Both the position numbers and the translations under genes were made by a program. Under the pieces are notes generated by a model that did not search any database, was not told where the DNA came from, and was given only the letters and a program-made list of their open reading frames with translations. DNA of 64,000 nucleotides from positions 640,001-704,000 of the forward strand of contig CBDFIQ010000001.1 in the NCBI GenBank assembly GCA_965248195.1, written 5' to 3'. Source of the stretch: Longimicrobiales bacterium (GTDB taxonomy: Bacteria; Gemmatimonadota; Gemmatimonadetes; Longimicrobiales; Gaopeijiaceae). The first letter of the stretch is position 1. Each line of letters begins with the position of its first letter. Shown here in pieces: positions 31,701 to 40,269 of this stretch.

Positions 31701-31803
31701 GGAGCCTCTCGACCTTTTCGGTCGAGCAGCCCCACACACCGGCACCCGCACCGCTGGCGCCCAGAACCCTCAGGAAGTCCCGTCTCTTAAGTCCGTCGGT
31801 CAT
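28771..31803 (-). CDS. actB: Alternative complex III subunit ActB (molybdopterin-oxidoreductase-like plus Fe-S domains)
   Basis: Tat signal RRDFL; C-terminal CTGCSACVTAC, CQHCGNAPC, CVGTRYCANNCPY, EKCSFC. Confidence 0.9.
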   Translation of the reverse strand: MTDGLKRRDFLRVLGASGAGAGVWGCSTEKVERLLPYVVPPEDITPGVATWYTTVCGECEAGCGMWVRTREGRVVKVEGNPEHPVSRGALCSRGHSSLQALYNPDRFTGPMLRQGGELQSISWDDAEQMVADRLGSAGEYYLFTGIAGPSLAGLISDFAGATGGRVIRYDPLAEAPLREASRIAFGRDVVPWYDLEEARFLVSFGADFLESWLSPVRDGRGFSRMSGVDEDGAKGRFAFVGSRLSLTGQNADDWLPIQPGSEALVALAMANVVAGGGASAGPYRNIVAAYTPENVASTAGVEAESIRELAERFAAGPSLALGPGTAGLHRGATAANVAIAILNAVAGNVGRTVHYDAPQLDAPSAGFAPMRQAIEAMRAGQVGAALVHASNPAYALPASSGFREAFASVPFKVSFASAMDETAAEADLILPDRHFLESWGDTSSRPGQWTVRQPAMRPVPHFDSKQAGDVLLSVATRMGQDLGSVTFFDHLRVRWADLATMAGAADADAFWHESLRTGVAQVGTTPSGASETLRQPDRGLVFDPPAFEGTGDLHLMVYPSARYGDGALNANRPWLQELPDPVSKIAWHSWVEMHPNRAEALGLRAGDVVVLSTEHGSIEAPLWTYPGIREDVIAVPMGGGHTSAGRFANGNGVNALDLLPSEAESLSGGLVHFVTKVDVAPTGRRRPLASIAGSDSQSNRPITPAVALTSLGAGAEEESHGPLQELQGVGGFVPVETEGRPQDFPLEGSRHGEYGDEEEPRWSMAIDLDKCTGCSACVTACQAENNVPWVGEGQVTMGRDMGWIRLERYYEAVDAYQAGSLDVRFLPMICQHCGNAPCEPVCPVFATYHTPDGINTQVYNRCVGTRYCANNCPYKVRVYNWYTFTDEEPVREGLGHIPEPLNWQLNPDVTVRENGIMEKCSFCIHRIREHQDRAAVEGSTIADGQIIPACQQSCPAEAIVFGNIRDSGSRVAQASLDERAYRVLDELVNTQPAVSYLKKVTFHEVDSGEH

Positions 31804-31821
31804 GTCGGCTGGCTTTCGGAA

Positions 31822-32370
31822 TCAGTAGTGGCAGACGGCGCAGTCCCGGGAGACACCGCGCTCCATGTGGCAACTGACGCACCACCCCATCGCAAGGGGT
31901 TGGTTGACCTCCTCGATCACGGTCATCTCTCGGACATCTCCATGGCAGGTCGCGCAGTCGATTTCAGCCGCGATGTGCCTCATGTGCGGGAAGTGGACGT
32001 GGTCCGCGACCTTGTAGATCCGTATCCACGGAATCGGCTCCTGATTCGCCCAGTAATCTCGGACCTTCTGGATCTCCGCCTGCTGTCGTTCATCGGTCCC
32101 ACCGATAATCTGGTGGCAGCCGAAACAGGTCCCGACCGGGGGGATGCCGGCATCGACCGACCGCTCCGCCGAGAAGTGGCAGTATTGGCAGTCGATTCGG
32201 TCCTCGCCCGCGTGAATGGTATGGGGGAACGCGATCGGCTGGACCAGTTCGGCCTCGCCGTCGGTGACCGTGACCGCCGCACCACTCTCCTGGGCTTGTA
32301 CGAACGCCGGTAAAGTCAGGAGCGTGAGAGCGACGACGGATGCACCTATCCATCGCTTCGTCATATACAC
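31822..32370 (-). CDS. actA: Alternative complex III subunit ActA (pentaheme cytochrome c)
   Basis: Five CxxCH motifs (CQYCH, CFGCH, CATCH, CVSCH, CAVCH); QPIAFPH, MGWC. Confidence 0.9.
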   Translation of the reverse strand: MYMTKRWIGASVVALTLLTLPAFVQAQESGAAVTVTDGEAELVQPIAFPHTIHAGEDRIDCQYCHFSAERSVDAGIPPVGTCFGCHQIIGGTDERQQAEIQKVRDYWANQEPIPWIRIYKVADHVHFPHMRHIAAEIDCATCHGDVREMTVIEEVNQPLAMGWCVSCHMERGVSRDCAVCHY

Positions 32371-32425
32371 TGCCGTGCGGATGGGGGTGGGAGGGTATAG
32401 GGTTCGTTGGTCTTAAACGGCGGGG

Positions 32426-32454
32426 AAAGTATGTGAGCCTCCAGATCGTGTCAA
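32426..32454 (-). promoter_or_regulatory. Putative sigma-70 promoter of the act operon
   Basis: Minus strand TTGACA-N17-TACTTT, about 55 bp upstream of actA. Confidence 0.55.
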
Positions 32455-32586
32455 CGCTGCCGCGCTCTCGAAAAATCTCTCCTACAGTCTATAAAAACAG
32501 GGTATATATAAGAACCTTTTCTACGCACACGTGTTTTATTTCCCCCGCCCTCGACGGGCCTGCCGAACGTTGGATGGAGACGGACT

Positions 32587-33561
32587 TTGACCGATATCGC
32601 AGCCATCACCAAACCCCCACCGACGCTCGATTTGCTCGAGAGCCTGGTCGCCGAGGTCGAGGAGGTTTTCCACGGCAAGAAGGAAGTTGTCCGTCTTGCC
32701 GTAGCGGCGCTGCTCGCCCGGGGGCATATCCTCTTCGAGGACGTTCCCGGGGTAGGAAAAACCACGCTTGCTCATGCCCTCGCGACTGCTTTGGGGCTTT
32801 CGTTCCGGCGCATCCAATTCACGAGCGACCTCCTCCCCTCCGATGTGCTGGGCGTGTCGATCTTCAACCCGCGCAGCTCGGAGTTCGAAACCCGGCTCGG
32901 GCCGATCTTCACCAATCTCGTCCTGGCGGACGAGATCAACCGAGCGCCCCCGCGTACCCAGAGTGGGCTTCTCCAGGCCATGGAGGAGGGGCAAGTGAGT
33001 CTGGACGACGAGACGTTCGAGCTGCCACAGCCCTTCATGGTCATGGCGACGCAGAACCCCCTCGAACATCACGGCACGTATCCGCTTCCCGAAAGCCAGG
33101 TCGACCGCTTCCTCATGCGGCTCACCATCGGATACCCAGGCGAAGGAGCCGAGCGAAGGATTCTCATGGAATCCACGACCGAGGAGCCATGGGAGCAGCG
33201 CATCAAGGCCGTTCTCGAGCCGGCCCAGGTTCTTGGTCTTCAGCGGGAAGTTTCACGGGTCGAAGCAGACGATTCCCTCGTCGGGTACGTGATGGCCATC
33301 GTACAGAGAACCCGCGTCGAGCCACGACTCCAGATGGGTGTGAGCCCCCGCGGCGCCATCGGGTTGTTGGGCGCGTCCCGGGCTTATGCTCTTCTCGGCG
33401 GCCGAAATTTTCTGGTGCCGAGCGATGTGCAGAGGCTCGCCGTGCCGTGCCTGGCCCATCGAATCCTCCCGGTGGGGGCGAGCGCCGCCAGCCACGAAGC
33501 GCATGAAGAGGCCGGTGCAATCGTGACGGACATTCTCGAGGACATCGCGGTCCCCGTCTAG
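32587..33561 (+). CDS. MoxR family AAA+ ATPase
   Basis: DVPGVGKT, RIQFTSDLLPSD, LADEINRAPPRTQS, ATQNP. Confidence 0.93.
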   Translation: MTDIAAITKPPPTLDLLESLVAEVEEVFHGKKEVVRLAVAALLARGHILFEDVPGVGKTTLAHALATALGLSFRRIQFTSDLLPSDVLGVSIFNPRSSEFETRLGPIFTNLVLADEINRAPPRTQSGLLQAMEEGQVSLDDETFELPQPFMVMATQNPLEHHGTYPLPESQVDRFLMRLTIGYPGEGAERRILMESTTEEPWEQRIKAVLEPAQVLGLQREVSRVEADDSLVGYVMAIVQRTRVEPRLQMGVSPRGAIGLLGASRAYALLGGRNFLVPSDVQRLAVPCLAHRILPVGASAASHEAHEEAGAIVTDILEDIAVPV

Positions 33562-33585
33562 ATCGGGGTCCGCACGGCGAGGTCG

Positions 33586-34692
33586 ATGCTGACCACTCTA
33601 CGAGAAGCCTGGAGGAGGCTCCGCGGCTGGCGGAGAATCCGTTTCACGACCGGCGGCGCCCTGTTCAGCGTAGGATCGCTCCTTATCGGGGGCGCGGCGG
33701 TCAACACCGGAAACAACCTGCTCTTTCTTCTCCTCGGAGCCATGCTCGGCTTCATCGCGTTGTCCGGCTGGCTCTCCGAGCGCGTCCTGCGCCGGCTGGA
33801 GATCCGCAGGCATAACCCCCGGGGCGTCACGGTGGAGAAACCGATTCGCATCACGTACTACGTGTCGAACCGGAAGCGCCTGTTCCCCACCCTCACCACT
33901 TACCTGTTCGAAAAGGGGCTCCCCGAACCCGCGTTCGTCAGTCGCGTCGGAGCCGGCGAATCGGTGACCGTGGTCTCGGAGAATCGCTTCCTTCAGCGCG
34001 GCGTCTACCCGCTCGAGACACTGACCCTCTCCACGTCCTTCCCCTTCGGGTGGTTCATCAAGGAGCGTGACGTACCGCTACCCGGCGAGCTCGTCATTTG
34101 GCCCCGATCCGACCGACCGGTACGCCTTCCAGTACCTCCCGGCGGACGTGGCAGGCCACAGTTTTCTGACTCTTCAGGAGCCGCTCCCGGTGCTCGCGGC
34201 GAGTATCGGGGACTGCGAGAGTACCGTGTCGGAGACGACCCGAGGGACATCCATTGGAGAACCACGGCCAAGATCGGCAGGCCGGTGATAAGAGAGTACG
34301 ACCTGGACACAACCGAGATCGTGCGGATTTGTCTGGACACGCGAGGGGAGCCCGGAGGTGCGGCCGAGGTAGCCATCGAAATCGCGGCCGCGGTGGCCGC
34401 CCAAGCGTACCGAGTCGGACGCCGGTTTGGAATTACTACGTGTACCTCGGACTTGGCTCCTGGTGGCGGTTCCGGTCAGTTCGAGCGAGTGCTCGACCTT
34501 CTCGCGCGGGTGGACTTCGATCCATCCGCTCCCCACCTGGTACCGCCCATCGACCCGATGGGTTGCGTCCTCGTGTCTCTGTCGGGTACACGAAGAGGAT
34601 CGTACGGGGCCTACATCGATCCTGCTCGCGGCTCCGCGGGAGGTCCCTACACACACGCGGGAGTGGGTGAAATGGATCGGAGGGCAGGATGA
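33586..34692 (+). CDS. DUF58 domain protein
   Basis: LREYRVGDDPRDIHWRTTAK; N-terminal TM pair; follows moxR. Confidence 0.88.
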   Translation: MLTTLREAWRRLRGWRRIRFTTGGALFSVGSLLIGGAAVNTGNNLLFLLLGAMLGFIALSGWLSERVLRRLEIRRHNPRGVTVEKPIRITYYVSNRKRLFPTLTTYLFEKGLPEPAFVSRVGAGESVTVVSENRFLQRGVYPLETLTLSTSFPFGWFIKERDVPLPGELVIWPRSDRPVRLPVPPGGRGRPQFSDSSGAAPGARGEYRGLREYRVGDDPRDIHWRTTAKIGRPVIREYDLDTTEIVRICLDTRGEPGGAAEVAIEIAAAVAAQAYRVGRRFGITTCTSDLAPGGGSGQFERVLDLLARVDFDPSAPHLVPPIDPMGCVLVSLSGTRRGSYGAYIDPARGSAGGPYTHAGVGEMDRRAG

Positions 34693-36740
34693 GCCTCGAC
34701 CTCCTGCACCGGCGTCTGGTCGTGGGCATGGGGTTCGTCGCCCTCACGGCGTTTGCCGGAGGTGCGGGTTTCCAGCCGATCAGCACAGCCCTGGCGGCTC
34801 TCGCGCTGGCACTCGCCTTCGTTTGGCAACCCGATTCCGACCTCTCCCTGCGACTCGAGCGCCTCTGGCTGCCCGTCGCGGGGGTCCTTCTGCTGCGATC
34901 CCTGTATCACTGGTTCCTGATCGGGGACGATGTCGTAGTCCCTGTTGTGGACCTTCTTCTGCTCCTCTTGTGCGCGGAGGCTCTCAGATCGCTCGAGGCT
35001 CACAACGACGCCCGTCTGTACACCCTTGCCTTCGCGCTACTTCTCGCTTCAACGGCTTACCGACCCGGGGTGCTCTTCGCCCTGGCTTTTGTCGGCTACG
35101 TCGTGTTGGCTACCCTCGCGCTTGTCGTTGGGCACCTCCGGTGGAAGGCCGGACGGCACGGTGTCAGAGAGAAAATGGTGGGCCGGGGATTCCTTACGGG
35201 CATGGCCGGGCTCTCCGGCGTCGTGCTGTTAACGAGCTCGTTGGTCTTCATCGCCTTCCCAAGACTGTCGAGGGGGTGGGCCGCGCGCGGAGAGGTCCTC
35301 GCCACATCCATCGCCGGATTCGCCGACCAGGTTTCGATCGGAGAACACGGCTCCAGAATTTATCCGAACCCGGAGATCGTTCTCCGGGTGGAGTTCCCCG
35401 ACGGAGCCCCCGAGAACCTTTTCAGCCTTCACTGGCGAGGCCGCTCTTACGACCGCTTCGACGGCGTGCGCTGGAGCCGATCGATCGGACTTCCGCCGTC
35501 CATCGGCCCGGCGCAATGGTACCAGGCGTGGGGACCAGGGCGAGTCCGGCAGGAGATCTACGGTGCCCCGCTGGACGTGGATGTGCTCTTCGCACTCCAC
35601 CCCTTGTTGGAGGCGCGCTCCGACAACCCGAGAATCCAACCGCTCTTCGACAACGCGGGCGACCACATCTACTGGGGCTCGGGCGCCCCGTCGTACGAGG
35701 CCTTGTCCGTGGCGGACCGCCCCGCACCCGAGGCGTTGCGGGAGGCACGCTCCGGGTTTTCCCCAGCCCGTAGGTATTACACGCAGCTGCCCCGTCTTCC
35801 CGAGCGGGTGAGCAACCTCGCGGACTCGCTCACACAGGGACTGGATAACAATTACGACCGGGTGGCCGCGATCAACGACTTCTTTCATACGGAATTCGAC
35901 TACACCCTCGAACTCCCGCGCTCGGCCCAGGAGGCCACGTTGGAATTTTTCCTCTTCGAGCGCGGAGAAGGCCACTGCGAGTACTTCTCGACGGCCATGG
36001 TGGTCCTCTTGAGGAACCTGGGTATCCACGCACGGGAGGTGAACGGCTTCCTGGGTGGGCAGTGGAACGGCTTCGGTCAGTACCTCGCCGTGACACAAAA
36101 CCAGGCCCACTCGTGGGTAGAGGTGTGGTTCCCGGAGTACGGATGGGTCCAGTTCGACCCCACGCCGGGAGGAGCCGGAACGTCCGCGGTGGTCACGTCC
36201 TGGCTGTGGCCGGGACGCTTCCTGTTCGACGGACTCCAGCACCGATGGAATAAGTGGGTCCTCGACTACAACCTGGAATCACAATCCGGACTCTACCAGC
36301 GCATCGCCGAACTGCTGGGAGGACGGGTCTCCGAGAGCCCAATTTCTTCAAGTCAAACGCCGGCCACACGGGTCGGCATGGGATGGATGTTGCTCATGGT
36401 AATGGTGATGACCCTGAGCGCGGCTGTCCTGTTCAGAAGGTCCGGCGGCCATTCACCGGAAGCGGAGCTCTACCTCCAGCTCCGCGAAAGTTGCCGCCGG
36501 GCTGGCTTCAAGGCGGACGAAGGAGTTGCGCCGCTATTGCTGCTCGATGAACTCGCCCGTGTCGGGCATCCCGCCCGTACACGCGCGCGGAGGCTCGTGG
36601 ACCATTATCTCCGTTCCCGATTCGGCGGGCAGGAGTTGGACGTCCGGGAACGAAAGGAGATGAAAGACGACCTCGCCAATGTGCGGCGGGCCCTCCGACG
36701 AACACGCGCACCGACAGATGCACCGGAGCTTCGCTTGTAG
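34689..36740 (+). CDS. Membrane transglutaminase-like protein (TgpA-like, DUF3488)
   Basis: N-terminal TM bundle; catalytic triad motifs GHCEYF, AHSWVE, FDPTP. Confidence 0.88.
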   Translation: MSLDLLHRRLVVGMGFVALTAFAGGAGFQPISTALAALALALAFVWQPDSDLSLRLERLWLPVAGVLLLRSLYHWFLIGDDVVVPVVDLLLLLLCAEALRSLEAHNDARLYTLAFALLLASTAYRPGVLFALAFVGYVVLATLALVVGHLRWKAGRHGVREKMVGRGFLTGMAGLSGVVLLTSSLVFIAFPRLSRGWAARGEVLATSIAGFADQVSIGEHGSRIYPNPEIVLRVEFPDGAPENLFSLHWRGRSYDRFDGVRWSRSIGLPPSIGPAQWYQAWGPGRVRQEIYGAPLDVDVLFALHPLLEARSDNPRIQPLFDNAGDHIYWGSGAPSYEALSVADRPAPEALREARSGFSPARRYYTQLPRLPERVSNLADSLTQGLDNNYDRVAAINDFFHTEFDYTLELPRSAQEATLEFFLFERGEGHCEYFSTAMVVLLRNLGIHAREVNGFLGGQWNGFGQYLAVTQNQAHSWVEVWFPEYGWVQFDPTPGGAGTSAVVTSWLWPGRFLFDGLQHRWNKWVLDYNLESQSGLYQRIAELLGGRVSESPISSSQTPATRVGMGWMLLMVMVMTLSAAVLFRRSGGHSPEAELYLQLRESCRRAGFKADEGVAPLLLLDELARVGHPARTRARRLVDHYLRSRFGGQELDVRERKEMKDDLANVRRALRRTRAPTDAPELRL

Positions 36741-36775
36741 CGAGAGCATAAAGGCGATGCTACTGTGTTGCTACG

Positions 36776-37081
36776 ATGAACGCAGCGAACGAGTCCTCAA
36801 ACGCGGTGCCTCTTCCGAGCGGCGAGCACCTCGCAACCATCAGCCACGATGGCAGCTTCTGGGAGGTCTACCTCGAGTTCGAGGACGACCCCAGAATACC
36901 CACGAGTTACCGGGGCCTCCTCTGTTTCTCTCCCGCAGCCAGTACCGGAGCGGCCTCGGCCTGGCGCACGACCACCATCCTGATCGAGTCTTCTCATGAG
37001 GCGGTCGTGAGCAAGGCTCGGGCCTTCGAGGATTTCCAGCTCCAGAGCCTCCTTCGCTCGGTTCTTCCTGATCCGGAGTGA
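36776..37081 (+). CDS. Hypothetical protein
   Basis: 101-aa ORF with protein-like composition filling the gap co-directionally. Confidence 0.6.
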   Translation: MNAANESSNAVPLPSGEHLATISHDGSFWEVYLEFEDDPRIPTSYRGLLCFSPAASTGAASAWRTTTILIESSHEAVVSKARAFEDFQLQSLLRSVLPDPE

Positions 37082-37166
37082 TCGGGTCGCCAGGGATCAA
37101 CCCGGTTGCCGCCCTTGGCAATCGCTGTAGATTCTGCCTGCTATCGCGCAAATTACAGGAGGTCGG

Positions 37167-37358
37167 ATGGCCATCTATCGCACGCTCTACTATACGGATG
37201 TGTCCATCGGAGTGGGTGGGCGGATCACGATTCCACAGGGGTTGCGAGACGACTTGCGGCTCGCTGCCAAGGACTCTCTTACCGTGCGTCTCGAAGAAAC
37301 CTCCGACGGCCGGCGGCAGATGGTGATTTGGCGCTCGGAAGAGCAGGACGAAGAATGA
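37167..37358 (+). CDS. AbrB/MazE/SpoVT-family DNA-binding protein
   Basis: GGRITIPQGLRDDLRL swapped-hairpin motif; strong AGGAGG SD. Confidence 0.75.
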   Translation: MAIYRTLYYTDVSIGVGGRITIPQGLRDDLRLAAKDSLTVRLEETSDGRRQMVIWRSEEQDEE

Positions 37359-37360
37359 GG

Positions 37361-38788
37361 TCAACCATTTTCCTCTAAATCCATCCAGCGTATCAAACCC
37401 GCGAAAACCGAAGCACCATCGTGATGCCACCAAGGTGGTGGCCACGGCGCCTTTTCGAATGATGTAACCCGTGTGGCGCCGGCCCGGTAGAGCGCCTCCG
37501 CCAACATCGGCAGGCGATCTTCCGCCCCTTCGACCGCCACCGTCTGTAAATAGCCCCCAACCTCTCCCAACGAATTCGCGACCCCGCAAAGGTCGGGCGT
37601 AGGAAAAAGGGAAATGACCCGGTTCAGACAGGAGGGCGTGAAACCCAATTCCTCCTCGAGAATCACCGTCCAGAAGCTATCGTCCGCTCGGAATACACGG
37701 ACGCCGCTCCCGGAGGCCTCGCGGAGTTCGGCGGATCCTCTCATTTGGTGGACGGCCGAGGCGTCGGCGGCCGTGAGGTTACCGCCCGGTAGCTCCGCCT
37801 CGAGGTCGGCCATGGCTGAGGCCAACAGGGCGGCCCATCCTCCGGGGTCGACCGCTCCTCCCTCCTCTACGTAGATCGCATGCGCAGAGACGCAACCCCG
37901 CTGATCGAACATCGATACCGCGCGCGCGGCCACTCGGGCCACGCGAGGCGCTCGCTCGGCGGTGAGCGCTGCACGCCCCACCAGGCCGACGCTGAGACGG
38001 TGATGGTATGCGATGAAGCGCGCTGTTACGGGCGTTCGGTTCCTGAGCGACTTGATCGCTTCGTTGCCGCCGTACGCCACCACGGCCTCAGCCCTCCGCA
38101 GCGCGAGGTCCTCCAGGGGGGAAGAACCGCCGGGCCAATACGTCACCGCCAGCGAGTCCGAGAGCTCGGGCGCCTCCTCGGCGAGCGCCTCGGCGAAGAG
38201 CACGGGCAGGACCACATCGCCTAAACCGGGCTTTAGGAGGACCGCTGATTTCACGAGCAGCGCGCGAATCATCGACGTTACGCTTACCCCGGGAACCGTT
38301 CCCGCACCCACATGAAACGTCAGCAGCGGGCCTTTGGCACGGACGCTTCGGCCCTCATCCAGTCGGCAGAATCCGTCCAGCACGCCCGGGTCCTGAAGCT
38401 CCCGCCGCAGAAGTTCGGTGAGCCGCTCCGCGGTCCAGTCACGGGCCATGCCGGTCAGAATCTCCGAGGCCATCTCCTTGGAAAGGCCCGAGGTGGGAAC
38501 CAGCAAATCGATCGCCTTGTGGCGAATCGGATCGGAGGAGTCCAGGAACCGATCCGCCACCCGTCCGACGCAGGTCACCAGGTCCCGAACCGGCACGTCG
38601 GCGAGTCGCTCACCCGCCTCCCTCAGGGCCTGCAGGAGCCGCTCCGCGGCATCGCCTGGCCACCCCGCCGGATAACGAATTGTGACACTCTCGGAGACGT
38701 CGATGGTCTCCAAGTCAAGCGTCGGAGGGGCGGTCGGCAACTCACTCGAAAAAGATGGGAGTCGGAAGGCGTCGAAGGTCGTCTTCAC
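37361..38788 (-). CDS. Acyl-CoA reductase (LuxC family)
   Basis: ALDH-like fold; AYGGNEAI, putative catalytic FDQRGCVS, WHHDG. Confidence 0.85.
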   Translation of the reverse strand: MKTTFDAFRLPSFSSELPTAPPTLDLETIDVSESVTIRYPAGWPGDAAERLLQALREAGERLADVPVRDLVTCVGRVADRFLDSSDPIRHKAIDLLVPTSGLSKEMASEILTGMARDWTAERLTELLRRELQDPGVLDGFCRLDEGRSVRAKGPLLTFHVGAGTVPGVSVTSMIRALLVKSAVLLKPGLGDVVLPVLFAEALAEEAPELSDSLAVTYWPGGSSPLEDLALRRAEAVVAYGGNEAIKSLRNRTPVTARFIAYHHRLSVGLVGRAALTAERAPRVARVAARAVSMFDQRGCVSAHAIYVEEGGAVDPGGWAALLASAMADLEAELPGGNLTAADASAVHQMRGSAELREASGSGVRVFRADDSFWTVILEEELGFTPSCLNRVISLFPTPDLCGVANSLGEVGGYLQTVAVEGAEDRLPMLAEALYRAGATRVTSFEKAPWPPPWWHHDGASVFAGLIRWMDLEENG

Positions 38789-39939
38789 GACGGCACACCC
38801 GACAGAAGGTCGTCCATCGCAAGGGAGCAGCCACGCGGCTCGGCACCCTGGGCCCTGCCGAGCACCCGGAAACCGTCATCAACGGCAACTCCCAGGTCCT
38901 CGGTGAGGACCACCATCACCGACCCAGCGTTGGCCAGGTCGTAGTGGCAGAGCAAGCCCGGTTCCCCCATCGGAAGTGCCGAGAGCGTGTTCGGATCGAG
39001 CACGCGCGTGCGGACCCAGGGAGGCGGAACATGCCGGCGGGCCTCCAGGGTGATGTCGGACGTCGCCACGCCCGGGCCATCGTAAAACTGTGAGAGCAGC
39101 TCGGTCATTCCATACTCGTTCACGATCGCCTCGAAGGGGACTCCGTGGGCCTCCGACAAGCACGCGTAGAACTCCGTACGCTCCAAAACTCGAGAGCGGC
39201 CCTTGAAGCCCCCAGTTTCCATGATCAGTGAACCCGGAGGCAAGTCGAATCCACCGTTCCGCCCCCGCAACCATTCCAGCCAGTGGACGAAGGCGAAGGC
39301 TGTACCGGCAAGAAGAATCGGAGTCTCGCGGGCGGTCGCCCCCACCAGCGCGTCACTCAGCCCCGCCGTGTCGATCACTCCCTCCTCCGTGACGAAGAAC
39401 CCCCCTTCCCCCGCCGAGAGCCCATCGAGCGCGGCACCCAACATGAAGCTCAACGAAGACTCGGGGACGCGAGCCGGCGCGGGCGTGAGAGCCAAGAGCG
39501 GAAGCGTCGGCCCTTCCCCAGGCGGCCGATCCGGCCCACCCCGCCCACCTGCGTAGAGATGGCGTCTCATGTTCGGAATCAGCGAATCCTTGTACAACTC
39601 GAGGTCGAGGACGTGGTGCTCCCCTCGGCGTCCGGCACCCGTGGTTCCGCTCGTCCGGAACACGCGCTGCACCCGCGAAGAGTCTCCGGACACCAGCGAA
39701 ACCGCCCTGAACGCCGATGCAGGGACCCATGGAATCTCTCTCCAACCCACCACAGTGGACGGCGTAACGCCCCGTTTGCGGGCATATGCCGCGTAGACCG
39801 GATTGGTCTCGAATTGGTAGGCGAAAACCCTTTGCGCCCAGGAGTCGAACACATCGTCCGGCCAGGGCTCGCCGGTGCTTTCTCTGAAGGCCGTACCCAA
39901 AGCGTGTGCCAGGCCGGCAAAGGCCTTATCCAACTTCAT
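38785..39939 (-). CDS. Acyl-protein synthetase (LuxE family)
   Basis: FRTSGTT, METGGFKGR, EYGMTELLSQ, DLANAGS, EPRGCS. Confidence 0.85.
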   Translation of the reverse strand: MKLDKAFAGLAHALGTAFRESTGEPWPDDVFDSWAQRVFAYQFETNPVYAAYARKRGVTPSTVVGWREIPWVPASAFRAVSLVSGDSSRVQRVFRTSGTTGAGRRGEHHVLDLELYKDSLIPNMRRHLYAGGRGGPDRPPGEGPTLPLLALTPAPARVPESSLSFMLGAALDGLSAGEGGFFVTEEGVIDTAGLSDALVGATARETPILLAGTAFAFVHWLEWLRGRNGGFDLPPGSLIMETGGFKGRSRVLERTEFYACLSEAHGVPFEAIVNEYGMTELLSQFYDGPGVATSDITLEARRHVPPPWVRTRVLDPNTLSALPMGEPGLLCHYDLANAGSVMVVLTEDLGVAVDDGFRVLGRAQGAEPRGCSLAMDDLLSGVPS

Positions 39940-40269
39940 GACGGGTATAAGCCATTATACAACAACGCTTTACGTATATAGATGGTTTGGCATATTTCGT
40001 CTGAGTCACTCAAAGTAACCGCCGCCAGCGCGGCCATCTACTCCCCGGCAAAGTGAAAAAGCTCACCCCGAGCGTTCGGAAGGTGGCCGTCTTCTCCGTT
40101 GGGCTCCCAGAGAAGTGAGTCTGCGTCTTAGCTTGCGGTCACATCACTGACCCGTAACTTATTCGTCCCCCCGGGGTGAACGGGCTGGCTTCGCAATGCG
40201 ACAGATCCCACTCCTCTTAGGCGCACTCATCCTCGGTGCCTGCGACTCACCTACCGATACAGGCCCCGT

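Noticed and set aside
28771..31803. Catalytic molybdoenzyme such as a polysulfide or nitrate reductase
   Set aside because: Fusion to the Fe-S domain and the actA/C/E/F context identify it as ActB.
37361..39939. Bioluminescence operon
   Set aside because: No luxA, luxB or luxD in the window.
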